Assembly (NCBI GenBank): GCA_963733095.1
Contig: CAVTBV010000013.1
Coordinates: 160,001 to 224,000 of the forward strand
DNA length: 64,000 nt
Direction of reading: 5' to 3'
Origin: Candidatus Bathyarchaeota archaeon
GTDB lineage: Archaea; Thermoproteota; Bathyarchaeia; Bathyarchaeales; Bathycorpusculaceae
The notes beneath the pieces were generated by a model. It was given only the letters and a program-made list of their open reading frames with translations. It made no database searches and was not told where the DNA came from. How positions within the stretch are numbered: position 1 is the stretch's first letter; each line of letters starts with the position of its first letter. Positions 19,647 to 30,071 of this stretch are shown here, one piece after another. The position numbers and the translations under genes were made by a program.

Positions 19647-22439
19647 TTAGGTGTGGTCATGTCTGCTTGGATCTTCTGTTGTTTTGCCGAATCGTCTAAT
19701 GAATAGCTTGCGGATTTCCTCAGCGAAGACAACCACGAGCGCCAGCGAAATTAGAAATGCCCAGTCTGTTAAGCCCAACGCTACTGTACCGAAAACATCC
19801 TGCATCAAAGGCACGTAAACAAGCACAGCAAGAATCGAAAGCTGCGCTATTATGCCTGCGATGATCCATTTGTTGGTTTTGAGGCTGGTTTTGAAGATGG
19901 ATTGTTTGCTTGTTCTACATGCTAAGACGTTTCCTGCTTGCGCAACAACTATGCTTGCGAAAGTCAGCGTTACACCTTTTAGGTATATTGGGTTGTTGTT
20001 CGGTAGGTCACCGCCCCAATGCCAGTCGATAGGTACGGGCATTCCAATATGCCAGCCGCCAGACGCCCAAATGCTCAAGCACCCCATCATCGCGCCAATC
20101 GCTATGATTACACCGATGAATAGTGAACGCCCGAAGACTCTGCCCGTAAACAATCTTTCTTTTATGCTTCTTGGCGGCTCCTCCATGATGCCTATTTCTG
20201 GTGGCTCACGGCTAAGAGCTAAACTTGGAATGACATCAATTGCTAAGTCAATGGCTAAAACCTGAACGACAAGCAACGGCAAAGGCATTCCTAATAGTGC
20301 ATAGAGTATAAAGGGAATTAGCTCTGCCCAGTTATGGGAGAATACGTAAACGATGAATTTGCGGATGTTCTCGTAGATTGCTCTGCCCGATTCGACGGCT
20401 TTTACGATAGAGGCAAAACTGTCGTTGAGCAAAACTATGTCTGCAGCTTCACGGGCAACGTCTGTGCCTGAAGCTCCCATCGCAACACCAATGTCGGCTT
20501 CCTTTAGTGAGGGGGCATCGTTTGCTCCATCACCCGTAACTGCAACAATCTCGCCGCTTCCTTTGAGAACCTTAACTATGCGAAGCTTCTGCTCTGGAGA
20601 AACCCGCGCAAAAATAACGTTTCCCTTTTTAACCTCATCCACGACGGCTTGATCACTTAGGTCTTCAAGGTCTACGCCTCGTATTACTTGAGCGAATCCT
20701 TTTTCGACTATGCCGACATCCTGAGCTATAGATTGAGCAGTTGGACCATAATCGCCTGTAATGATGACTGTTTTGATTCCTGCTTGCTTTGCTTTTTCAA
20801 CTGCATCTTTAACTTCTGCTCTAGGCGGATCACGCATGCCAGCTAAACCAACGAAGATAAGATCTTTTTCAACTTCTGTACCCTTCTTGTACTCTGTTTT
20901 GGGCAATTGCTTATACGCTACTGCTATAACGCGCAAACCCGCATTTGCAAACTCGTGAATTCTTGCTTCAATCCAAGCCATGTTTTGTTCGTTTAAATCT
21001 TCAATTTTACCTTCAACGAGTACTCTACTGCAAACATCTAGGATGTTTCTGGGTGCACCTTTCGTATAGATTAAGACGTTGCCATCTAGTTTATGAACAG
21101 TAGTCATGCGTTTACGTTCAAAACTGAAAGGCAAAACATCCAAAATTGGTTTGGCGGCTAACGCATCCTGAATGTTCACACTTGATTTGAGTGTGGCAAC
21201 AAGCAAAGCTCCATCTGTGGGGTCTCCAATGACGTTCCAGTTTTTGTTTTTGTCCGATGGGGGGTCAAGTTTCGCGCCGTTGCAGAGGGCTGCAATCTCG
21301 AGAAGTCTCTCCAAAGAAGCTGTTTGTCCGCTTTCCAGTGGCTGACCATTTATCGTGAAATTGCCCTCGGGCTTATACCCTGCGCCGGAAACGTTAACTG
21401 TGTAGTCAAAAACCCACAGCTTGTTGACTGTCATTTCGCCTTTAGTTATTGTTCCGGTTTTGTCGGTGCAAATAACGGTGACACTGCCCAAAGTCTGCAC
21501 AGCAGACAACCGCTTAACCAACACGTTCTGCCTAACCATCTTGAGCACATTAATGGCTAAAGCACTGGAAACCGTGACCTGCAAACCTTCAGGAACACAA
21601 CATACCATCACACCAATCATGAAAAGAATACTGGTTGCCAACGCAACGTGTAAGAAAAGAAAGCTAGCCATGAAGAAAATCGTGCCAACGGCAATAGCTA
21701 TGATAAAATCATACCTTGCCATCAACGCAATCTCTTTATGAAGTGGGCTTTCTTCTTGGCGAATTGTCTGAGTTAAACTGGCAATTTTGCCAAACTGTGT
21801 TCCCATACCTGTAGCATAAGCAACCGCTTTGCCGCTTCCCTTAGCCACGCTGGTGCTCATAAAAATAAGGTTAGGCGCATACAAATACGCCTTCTCCACT
21901 GTTTTGACTGTTTCAGCAACTCTTGGCTGAGGCTCAGATTCCCCTGTTAAGGGAACATTATTTGTCCACAAGTCATAAGCTTCAATTACTCGTGCATCTG
22001 CCGGTACCCGGTCGCCTTCCTCTAAAACAACGATGTCGCCAGGTACTATTTCTCTAACCTGAATTTTCTTTAATTCGCCGTCACGGATAACTTTGGCGTA
22101 TTCAGGCATCCAACTCTTCAGGGTTGCCATAGCTTTTTCGGCACGTGACTCTTGGAATATGCTGACGAATATGTTCACGAAAACTACGGCTAAAATGATT
22201 AAGGAAAGCTCTGGGTTGGAGAAATACGAAAGAAAAGCTGCTACTAAAAGCAAAATCCCAAATAAATCCCTGAGATGGTGGATGAACTTGTTTACTAGTG
22301 GGATTTGTCTTCTTTCGGAAAGTTTGTTGTAGCCGTATTTTTTTAAGCGCAGTTTAGCCTCTTGGCTTGTTAATCCGTTTGCTGTTGTGTTTAGGTCTTC
22401 GAAAACCTTGTCAATAGGCATAGACGCAGCTTTTTCCAA
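19647..22439 (-). CDS. Cation-transporting P-type ATPase (type II)
   Basis: TGES, VPEGL, DKTGT, KGAP, GDGANDAP. Confidence 0.96.
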   Translation of the reverse strand: MEKAASMPIDKVFEDLNTTANGLTSQEAKLRLKKYGYNKLSERRQIPLVNKFIHHLRDLFGILLLVAAFLSYFSNPELSLIILAVVFVNIFVSIFQESRAEKAMATLKSWMPEYAKVIRDGELKKIQVREIVPGDIVVLEEGDRVPADARVIEAYDLWTNNVPLTGESEPQPRVAETVKTVEKAYLYAPNLIFMSTSVAKGSGKAVAYATGMGTQFGKIASLTQTIRQEESPLHKEIALMARYDFIIAIAVGTIFFMASFLFLHVALATSILFMIGVMVCCVPEGLQVTVSSALAINVLKMVRQNVLVKRLSAVQTLGSVTVICTDKTGTITKGEMTVNKLWVFDYTVNVSGAGYKPEGNFTINGQPLESGQTASLERLLEIAALCNGAKLDPPSDKNKNWNVIGDPTDGALLVATLKSSVNIQDALAAKPILDVLPFSFERKRMTTVHKLDGNVLIYTKGAPRNILDVCSRVLVEGKIEDLNEQNMAWIEARIHEFANAGLRVIAVAYKQLPKTEYKKGTEVEKDLIFVGLAGMRDPPRAEVKDAVEKAKQAGIKTVIITGDYGPTAQSIAQDVGIVEKGFAQVIRGVDLEDLSDQAVVDEVKKGNVIFARVSPEQKLRIVKVLKGSGEIVAVTGDGANDAPSLKEADIGVAMGASGTDVAREAADIVLLNDSFASIVKAVESGRAIYENIRKFIVYVFSHNWAELIPFILYALLGMPLPLLVVQVLAIDLAIDVIPSLALSREPPEIGIMEEPPRSIKERLFTGRVFGRSLFIGVIIAIGAMMGCLSIWASGGWHIGMPVPIDWHWGGDLPNNNPIYLKGVTLTFASIVVAQAGNVLACRTSKQSIFKTSLKTNKWIIAGIIAQLSILAVLVYVPLMQDVFGTVALGLTDWAFLISLALVVVFAEEIRKLFIRRFGKTTEDPSRHDHT

Positions 22440-23077
22440 TGTTATTCCGCCAAAATCTTTGTTATTGTCTGTTTTATGTCACCCTCGACAGTATCTGGAG
22501 ATGAATGGTGCTAAGGGCGCTTGGAACAATCCATTATTTTGATGAACAGGAACAGCTTGATGGTTCATTAATATCCTCGGTCGCTGATTTTACATCGCCA
22601 ATTTTGACGATTTGTTTTGGGGTTATTATTGTTTGTTGCATTTAAACTAATCGCAGGTAAAGCTGTATTTAACTCGCAAGAAATGGTGCAGACTGATGAA
22701 TTGTATGCAAACGGATTCCTATCCATTTAATATTTTTGCTCCTTTAAGCGCCGAATTCTTGCTAAATAAAAAAATAAAATGGATTTATTCTTTTTTGCGA
22801 ATTAGCCTTAACCGTTTTGCAAAGTCTAATTAACCGCTCGCTTTTTAACCGAATTGTCCACGAACAAGTATTTTCTAAGAAAAAACCTCTCAAAAAGTCA
22901 TTGACCATCAATTTTCTAACTCAACTATTTTCAAAGAATCATGCCATAAAGTTAATAGGCTACAAACTCAACTTCCATGTAGTTTACCCATTTCATGAGA
23001 GAGTAAATAATGCTTCAAATAATTAAAAAGGAAGTCTTTCAAGTAATAAATTCAATTAAATTGGAGATCGAATAATT

Positions 23078-25294
23078 ATGGCGCGTTATAGGCAAACAGA
23101 CGAAATTGTAAAACTAATGGAAACCCCGACATACATACGCAACACCAGCATCATCGCCCACGTAGACCACGGAAAAACCACCCTATCCGACAGCTTACTC
23201 GCCGCGGCAGGCATCATCAGCACCCAAACAGCAGGACAAAAACTGTTCCTTGACTCCTGGGACCTTGAGCAAAAACGTCAAATGACCGTTTTCGCCTCAA
23301 ACGTCAGCTTAGTCCACACATACCAAGAAAAAGATTACTTAATCAACCTAATCGATACACCCGGTCACATCGATTTTTCAGGCGCAGTAACAAGAAGCCT
23401 GAGAGCCGTCGACGGCGCACTAGTAGTCGTCGACGCCGTTGAGGGACCAATGACTCAGACAGAAACCGTTTTGATGCAGGCTCTACGGGAACGCGTTAAA
23501 CCAATCCTTTTCATCAACAAAGTTGACAGATTAATCAAAGAAATCAAACTAACACCACAAGAAATCCAAAAGAAATTTGCCAAGATTCTCCTAAGAGTCA
23601 ACAATCTAATCGAGAAATATGCACCTGCCGAACACAAGAAAGACTGGCAAGTAACAATCGAGGATAGCCGTGTTGCATTCGGCTCAGCTCTTCACAAATG
23701 GGGCTTAAACCTCGATCACATGAAAATGAAGAAAGTCAGCTTCCAAGACATCATTGACGCCTATACAGGTGACCCGATAGATGTAGGTCGAAAAGTCGAT
23801 GAACTAAGCAAGAAGGCGCCTTTACCCGAACCAATTTTGGACATGTTCTGCAAACACTTACCAAACCCATTTGAAGCACAGCCTTACAGGCAGCCTCAAA
23901 TTTGGCCAGGCGACGTAGAAAGCCCAACAGGCCAAGGAATGGCAAAAGTTGATCCTAAAGCACCGTTGCTCATGTGCATATCCACAATCGAAGTTGACCC
24001 ACACAGTGGAACTGTTGCAATCGGCAGAATCTTCAGCGGCTCAATCGAGCGAGGCAAAACAGTTCAACTCGTCAGCAGCAACAACAAAGGCACTATCCAA
24101 CAGGTCTTCATGAGTATGGCAACCGACCGAGTTCTCATCGACCGTGTTCCAGCAGGAAACATTGGAGCCATCTCAGGTTTACCATCCATCCATGTCGGCG
24201 AAACCATCGCTGAAGAAGGAATCGAAGTACATTCCTTCGAAGGCTTACGATACGTTTCCGACCCAGTCGTAACCGTCGCCGTGGAACCAGAAGACGTCAA
24301 AGACCTCCCCCTATTCGACAAAGTCATGCACAAACTCACAACTGAAGACCCCAACCTGCACTTTACCATGAACAAGGAAAGCGGTGAGTTCCTCCTGTCT
24401 GGTATGGGTGAACTTCACCTTGAAATTACTGCATACCGAATGCAAGAAGCAGGCTTAAAAGTTAAACTCAGTAAGCCAATCGTGATCTTCAGAGAAACCA
24501 TCAGTCACGATTACAGGGGTCCCGCAATCATGGGTAAAAGCCCAAACAAACACAACAAACTCTGGATAACCATCGATAGATTATCTGACGACGTAATTGA
24601 AGCAATAAAGTCTGATAAAATCAATGACATGCAAAGCAGAGACGAACGAACCAAAGTGCTCAGGTCACTTGGCTGGTCACCTGACGAAGCCAAAGGCGCG
24701 GTTGCTGTTGAAGAAAACAACATTCTCGTTAACCGTATCAGAGGGCGTCAGTATGTGGAAGAAATTATTGACCACATAAAGACTGGATTCCGTGAAGCAG
24801 TTCACACCTCACCGCTCGCTAAAGAACCCGCATATGGCCTAAAAATTAACCTAGAAGACATTGTCTTGCACGAAGACCCAGTGCACCGCGGACCCGCACA
24901 AGCAATCCCCATGACTTGGAGACCAATCTACTGCGCCATCCTCCTTAGCGACCCCAAACTGCTTGAACCGCTTATGAGCTTCGAATGCAAAGTCCCAAGC
25001 GAATTCGTCAGCAACGTCATCACAATGCTCAACAAACGACGCGGCAAAATCCTCGACATGCCCTCAGAAGAAGACATGATAACAGTCAAAGCTGAAATGC
25101 CAGTATCCGAATCCTTCGGAATCGCCGACGAACTCCGCAGCAGCACACAAGGCCGAGCTTTCTGGGCAACACAGTTCAGCAGATGGGCACCAGTTCCAGA
25201 ACAGATGCAGGCAGAAACCATAAAGAAGATTCGCGAACGCAGAGGCTTACCACCTATTCCACCAAAACCAGAAGAATACTTCGAGAAAGAATAA
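23078..25294 (+). CDS. fusA: Archaeal elongation factor 2, probably the divergent paralogue aEF-2p
   Basis: AHVDHGKTT, DTPGH, NKVD, HEDPVHRGPAQ. Switch I reads RQMTV instead of RGITI. Confidence 0.9.
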   Translation: MARYRQTDEIVKLMETPTYIRNTSIIAHVDHGKTTLSDSLLAAAGIISTQTAGQKLFLDSWDLEQKRQMTVFASNVSLVHTYQEKDYLINLIDTPGHIDFSGAVTRSLRAVDGALVVVDAVEGPMTQTETVLMQALRERVKPILFINKVDRLIKEIKLTPQEIQKKFAKILLRVNNLIEKYAPAEHKKDWQVTIEDSRVAFGSALHKWGLNLDHMKMKKVSFQDIIDAYTGDPIDVGRKVDELSKKAPLPEPILDMFCKHLPNPFEAQPYRQPQIWPGDVESPTGQGMAKVDPKAPLLMCISTIEVDPHSGTVAIGRIFSGSIERGKTVQLVSSNNKGTIQQVFMSMATDRVLIDRVPAGNIGAISGLPSIHVGETIAEEGIEVHSFEGLRYVSDPVVTVAVEPEDVKDLPLFDKVMHKLTTEDPNLHFTMNKESGEFLLSGMGELHLEITAYRMQEAGLKVKLSKPIVIFRETISHDYRGPAIMGKSPNKHNKLWITIDRLSDDVIEAIKSDKINDMQSRDERTKVLRSLGWSPDEAKGAVAVEENNILVNRIRGRQYVEEIIDHIKTGFREAVHTSPLAKEPAYGLKINLEDIVLHEDPVHRGPAQAIPMTWRPIYCAILLSDPKLLEPLMSFECKVPSEFVSNVITMLNKRRGKILDMPSEEDMITVKAEMPVSESFGIADELRSSTQGRAFWATQFSRWAPVPEQMQAETIKKIRERRGLPPIPPKPEEYFEKE

Positions 25295-25436
25295 GCCCAA
25301 AACTCTTCTCTCTTTCTATTTTCTTTTATTTTATATTTTAAAAAACGACTTTTACTTTTCTCTCTTGCCTCTTTATTCCAAGGCAGAAAGAGGAAGGCTT
25401 TAAAGCAAAATCCAAGTTAACGTTTAGTGACTGCTT

Positions 25437-26027
25437 ATGATAATTGGAATCTGCGGTAGCCCCCGAAAACAATCAACGGAATACGTCCTTGAAGAAGCCC
25501 TAAAGATGCTGTCGGAGAAGGGTTTTGAAACTAAACTCTGGACGGTTAGGGGTAAATGGGTAGATTACTGTGCACACTGCGATTACTGCCTAACAAACAA
25601 GGAATGCGTTGTCCAGGATGATTTGCAAGAACTCTATGCGTTGCTTACTGGAGCCCAAGGCATAATCTTCGCTTCTCCAGTCTATAACGGTGGAGTCAGC
25701 GCTCAAACCAAAGCTGTAATGGACAGAATGCGGGCGGCAGTTGCGGCAGACAAGAACTTTTTTAAGGGCAAAGTCGGCATGGGCATCGTTACAGGCGGCG
25801 ACAGAAATGGCGGCCAAGAATTTGCTCTTATGCAGATGCATAGTTTCTTTATTATAAACGGTATGATTCCGGTGGGCGGTGGATTCTTTGGTGCAAACTT
25901 GGGTGCAACCTTCTGGTCCAAAGATACTTTGGAAGGCGTCAAGTTAGATGAGGAAGGTTTCCGTAGCCTAAAGAAAACCACTAAAAGATTCGCTGAGTAT
26001 TTGGAGCTTTACAGTAAAAGTAAGTGA
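25437..26027 (+). CDS. Iron-sulfur flavoprotein (NADPH-dependent FMN reductase family)
   Basis: GSPR, CAHCDYC...C, SPVY, GGDRNGGQE. Confidence 0.9.
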   Translation: MIIGICGSPRKQSTEYVLEEALKMLSEKGFETKLWTVRGKWVDYCAHCDYCLTNKECVVQDDLQELYALLTGAQGIIFASPVYNGGVSAQTKAVMDRMRAAVAADKNFFKGKVGMGIVTGGDRNGGQEFALMQMHSFFIINGMIPVGGGFFGANLGATFWSKDTLEGVKLDEEGFRSLKKTTKRFAEYLELYSKSK

Positions 26028-26033
26028 AATTTT

Positions 26034-26618
26034 ATGGCTGAAGTAAAAGTTAAGAAAACAAAAGTTGCCTGGGGCATCACAGGTGCCGGCGACAAAATCG
26101 CTGAAATCATCGAAACCATGAAAGACCTAAAACGGCAATCCGAAGGCATAGTTGAAGTTGACGTTTACCTCTCAAAAGCAGCTGACACTATGCTCAAATT
26201 CTACCGCTTAGACGAGGAAATAAAGAAAAGCTTCGCCAAGGTGGCAGTTGAGTCGAATTCGAATTCACCTTTTCTCGCAGGTATGATGCAGAGTCACAAA
26301 TACGAGTTTCTGCTGATTTTTCCAGCATCTTCCAATACAGTAGCTAAACTGGTTAACGGCATTGGAGACACCCTGCTCACGAACTCGGCGATTATGAGCC
26401 TCAAAGCATTCGTGCCCGTCTGGGTCATGCCAGTAGACTACAAAGAAAGCGTCATCTCAACCAAACTGCCCAACGGCAAAGAGATGAAAATTCGTGTACG
26501 CAAAGAAGAAGCCGAGCAGGTGCGCAAACTAGAGCAGACAGAAGATGTACGTGTGTTTGAGAACCCTGCAAAGGTGCGTGAGGGGTTTTTAGAGTGGCTA
26601 AAAACCGTTAAACCCTAG
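26034..26618 (+). CDS. afpA: Archaeoflavoprotein AfpA family (HFCD fold)
   Basis: VAWGITGAG, PASSNTVAKLVNGIGDTLLTN, PVD. Confidence 0.82.
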   Translation: MAEVKVKKTKVAWGITGAGDKIAEIIETMKDLKRQSEGIVEVDVYLSKAADTMLKFYRLDEEIKKSFAKVAVESNSNSPFLAGMMQSHKYEFLLIFPASSNTVAKLVNGIGDTLLTNSAIMSLKAFVPVWVMPVDYKESVISTKLPNGKEMKIRVRKEEAEQVRKLEQTEDVRVFENPAKVREGFLEWLKTVKP

Positions 26619-26707
26619 CTTACTTTTGATGAGTTATTATCCTATATTTTTTAAAAAATATTCAGGGCGGGGTGGCGGATTGAACCCGTCGTCTCCTGTT
26701 TGTTTTG

Positions 26708-27571
26708 TTAGTTGAATTCTTTTCTTTCGAATAAAATCAACCCTAAGATTGCGGTGACAGCGAAGTATATTGCCATGATAGCGAGTCCTTCAGGAATTGT
26801 GGCATTGTATGTGTTCAATGTGGGTCCGCCTCCGCCAGGACGTAGGCTGACTGAATCTATGTGTGGTGGATAGGGCGATGTTAATACGTTGCCGACTATT
26901 TGGGAGCCATACGTCAAGATGAACCAAGGCTCAATTTGGACAAGTCCAGCAACAAGTTGTTGTATTAGCGTGAAAACGAACAAGAACAATATAGCTGTAA
27001 GAAGGATAGACATCGAGCTGCTCTTGAACAGCGAGCTAAAGAAGAACGTGAAGCCAAGAACCGCAACTAAATACAGCAAAGCGAACAACAGTGACTCGAC
27101 GAATTGGTATGGCACACCTGAGAAGTAGTATAAGCCGTTCCCTAATGTGACGACTGTGAAAACACCCAGGATAGCAATTGATGCCATGAATGCCGCGATC
27201 CATTTTCCTATATAGATGGATGAGCGCCTGATTGGGTTGGGAACTCCGAAATACCCTGTCTTGTTTTGAAATTCACCTGAAATTGCGTCGCCGCCAAAGA
27301 AAATCCCCGAAAGAATAATCACAAAAGTAACTGAATTGCCCCACCAACTATTGTAGAATCCAAGCTCGGAAGATAGAAAGCCAGCTGGACGGTAATATCC
27401 TACAAGAACCGTGAGAAGCAAACTTATCAGCGCTGTTATAATCAGCATAATAAAGAACCGTCGGGACCTTATGTAGTCTAGAAGAGTGTACTTGGTGATT
27501 ATGCCAACTTGGGCAATGCTGCTTGGTACAACATTTTTTGATGCAAAGTTTGTTTGAGTCATATCTATCAC
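26708..27571 (-). CDS. ABC-2 type transporter permease
   Basis: Multi-TM, DAISGEFQNKT...PIRR...GK; adjacent to an ATPase. Confidence 0.88.
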   Translation of the reverse strand: MIDMTQTNFASKNVVPSSIAQVGIITKYTLLDYIRSRRFFIMLIITALISLLLTVLVGYYRPAGFLSSELGFYNSWWGNSVTFVIILSGIFFGGDAISGEFQNKTGYFGVPNPIRRSSIYIGKWIAAFMASIAILGVFTVVTLGNGLYYFSGVPYQFVESLLFALLYLVAVLGFTFFFSSLFKSSSMSILLTAILFLFVFTLIQQLVAGLVQIEPWFILTYGSQIVGNVLTSPYPPHIDSVSLRPGGGGPTLNTYNATIPEGLAIMAIYFAVTAILGLILFERKEFN

Positions 27572-28509
27572 AACGTAGCGGTTATGAGTTTAAGGTAAAC
27601 ATCTTCAAGTTCAGATGATGCAGCTTTATAGCTGACAACGCCGATGTTTAGTTTGACAATGTCGTTTAGGAGCCGCTCCTGTACTTCTAAGCCTCCCTTG
27701 AAGATTATCTTTAGGTCTTTGTCATCTATTTTTTCTGCAGCAACAACATCTGGCAAAGCTGCGATGGTTTGGGTTACAATTTTAGTGTCCATTGAACGTC
27801 CTAATCCAACTTCAACCACGTTGTTTCCTCCGGAGAACTTTGCTGTCACATGTGGCAGGGTGTCGTAAATGATTAGTTTCCCGTGGTTTATCATGGCGAC
27901 TTCGTCGCAGACATCAGAAACCTCGCTTAGGATATGTGAGCTCATGAATATAAGGCGCTTTTTGCCTTTGAGCCCTTTGATTATGTCGCGGACTTCACTC
28001 ATGCCTCTAGGGTCAAGTCCAGTGGTAGGTTCATCTAAAAGAACCACGTCTGGGTCACTTAGCAAAGCAGAAGCGATGCAGATTCGTTGCTTCATGCCCT
28101 TCGAAAACTTGCCTACACGCTTATCAATCCATTCTTCCATGCGCAATTCCGCGGTGACTTCTTCTACACGTTTCTTTCTCTCAGCATGCGGTATTCCACG
28201 TATCTCCGCAATCATGGTTAAGGCTTCTCTTGGCGTAAGTGAAGAATAGATTTCTGGGGTTTCAATGAGGGTGCCTACGCTTTCGAGTGCTTTTTTCTTG
28301 TGGGTGTGCACGTTTACGCCGTTGATTAGAGCTTGTCCTTTGGTCGGTTTGATTAGGTCGGTGAACATCTTTAGGGCGGTTGTTTTTCCTGCCCCGTTGG
28401 GTCCCAGAAAACCGACGCATTTTGTTCCCTCAATCTTCAAGTTTAAATCCGAGAGAGCTGCGAATGCGCCATATTCTTTTGTTAGATTAACTGCTTCTAT
28501 TGATGGCAT
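27568..28509 (-). CDS. ABC transporter ATP-binding protein
   Basis: GPNGAGKTT, FSKGMKQR, LLDEPT. Confidence 0.95.
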   Translation of the reverse strand: MPSIEAVNLTKEYGAFAALSDLNLKIEGTKCVGFLGPNGAGKTTALKMFTDLIKPTKGQALINGVNVHTHKKKALESVGTLIETPEIYSSLTPREALTMIAEIRGIPHAERKKRVEEVTAELRMEEWIDKRVGKFSKGMKQRICIASALLSDPDVVLLDEPTTGLDPRGMSEVRDIIKGLKGKKRLIFMSSHILSEVSDVCDEVAMINHGKLIIYDTLPHVTAKFSGGNNVVEVGLGRSMDTKIVTQTIAALPDVVAAEKIDDKDLKIIFKGGLEVQERLLNDIVKLNIGVVSYKAASSELEDVYLKLITATL

Positions 28510-28745
28510 CGATTATCTCTTCTTCGAGAAGGTTACGAAAGTGTGGCTTAAAAGGTATACTCACTACAAGGAGATATCTGCAGCACAGGTTCGCAGCCGC
28601 AACTCTGGAAATTTAAGTACCCGCTTCCAAGAATTTAATTTTGGTTTGAAGAAAGTATTTTAACCCAGCGTTTTTGTACTTGAGAGTAGGCTGGTACCGA
28701 AGGTTCAGTGGATAATGAAGATTCAATGCCTAAAGCTAAGGTAGG

Positions 28746-29300
28746 ATGTTTGCTATGCTATTTCAGAGTGCAGTAGAATATGTTGGGAGCAGATTTCTCC
28801 GCTTGTTCACCCGGTTGCCTGTGAGGGGGCTTATTCATTTGATTTCGCAGCAAGCAACGTTTACAGATTATTTTGTGGGCTTTGAGAGAAACCGTGCGGT
28901 TCAGGGAATATTTGGAGAAGAAACAGAATCCATTCTCAAAACCCTCAAGATGGATTTCATCTGGTTTGGTTACATGGGTGTGAGCGATGCTGACGGGCAC
29001 TTGATGGTGAACAAACGTTATTTGAGCACTGGACGCAAACAGGACATCTACCTTGATGTTATCCATGAACTCTGCCATGTAAAACAGCACATGGAAGGTC
29101 GCGAACTCTTTGACCCCCGCTACGACTACGTGGATAGACCAACAGAAATTGAAGCATACCGCTACGCGGTGCAGGAAGCCAAACGAATAGGACTGAACAC
29201 AGAGGAAATTCGCGTGTACCTTAAAACTGAAATGATGAGCTCCAAAGCTTTGGACAGGCTGATTAGAAATATGGATGTAGACCTTCAAGAACCCAGATAG
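28746..29300 (+). CDS. Hypothetical protein with HExxH zincin-like motif
   Basis: IHELCHVKQ...EIEAY. Start uncertain. Confidence 0.6.
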   Translation: MFAMLFQSAVEYVGSRFLRLFTRLPVRGLIHLISQQATFTDYFVGFERNRAVQGIFGEETESILKTLKMDFIWFGYMGVSDADGHLMVNKRYLSTGRKQDIYLDVIHELCHVKQHMEGRELFDPRYDYVDRPTEIEAYRYAVQEAKRIGLNTEEIRVYLKTEMMSSKALDRLIRNMDVDLQEPR

Positions 29301-29395
29301 CTTTACTCGGCAACCGTAAACCAAGGATAAATAGAGTTGCATGCTAGAAAACCTTAATAGAAAAATTAAGCAGTGCAGGATGTCAGTGATGCAAT

Positions 29396-29833
29396 GTGCG
29401 TTTAGACGAATTCTTACTTCTTCTATCGGTTATTGTCTTTGCCGCCGTCGCCGTGTTTTTAGCCCTCAAATCTAAAGCCAACCCTCACACGACCCTCACC
29501 CGACTAATCGCAGCAAACATAGTTTTAGACATAATCGCAATAGCAATTTGGGCGTTCCCTGCTACGCAGTGGAGCATCTATCGGTTGGGGGTAATGGTCG
29601 CTGGCACGGAAGCAGCTTTGGCGGCAGTGCTGTTTGCGTTAACGCTCTTTGGGCTGAATAAACGGAGAATGTGGGCGCCTATCCTTGCAATCGCGTTGAC
29701 CGTAACACAGAGGGTCTTCGCTACTTACATATTCTTCCCCAGTCCTGCATTAGCTCTTACCTTGATCTGGAGTCTGGTTATAGTTACCTTCGCTTACAAA
29801 GACATAAAAACCAAAAGACATAACCCAAGCTAA
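29396..29833 (+). CDS. Hypothetical membrane protein
   Basis: Five hydrophobic segments. Confidence 0.7.
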   Translation: MRLDEFLLLLSVIVFAAVAVFLALKSKANPHTTLTRLIAANIVLDIIAIAIWAFPATQWSIYRLGVMVAGTEAALAAVLFALTLFGLNKRRMWAPILAIALTVTQRVFATYIFFPSPALALTLIWSLVIVTFAYKDIKTKRHNPS

Positions 29834-30071
29834 AATCGGACCAACTTAGACTGATGTTTCCGCATTGCACTTTTTAGATAGTTTGATGAGGGCTTTAGGA
29901 AAATATTGCCTCTTGTTTATTTATTTTGTTTCTCTAAAACATTTCTGATAAGTGTACAGCGATTTTGGGGTTACACACTGCCATGAGCTAATTATTTCCG
30001 CCACGAATGATGCGGTTATTTAAGATATATGGCGTAATAGTAATTGTTACCCGACGCGAAAGGATAAAGAA

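Noticed and set aside
26664-26697. tRNA-like T-arm fragment (GGGTTCAATCC) as an att site
   Set aside because: Only loose similarity to the tRNAs in this window. It lies between convergent genes and is plausibly a terminator hairpin.
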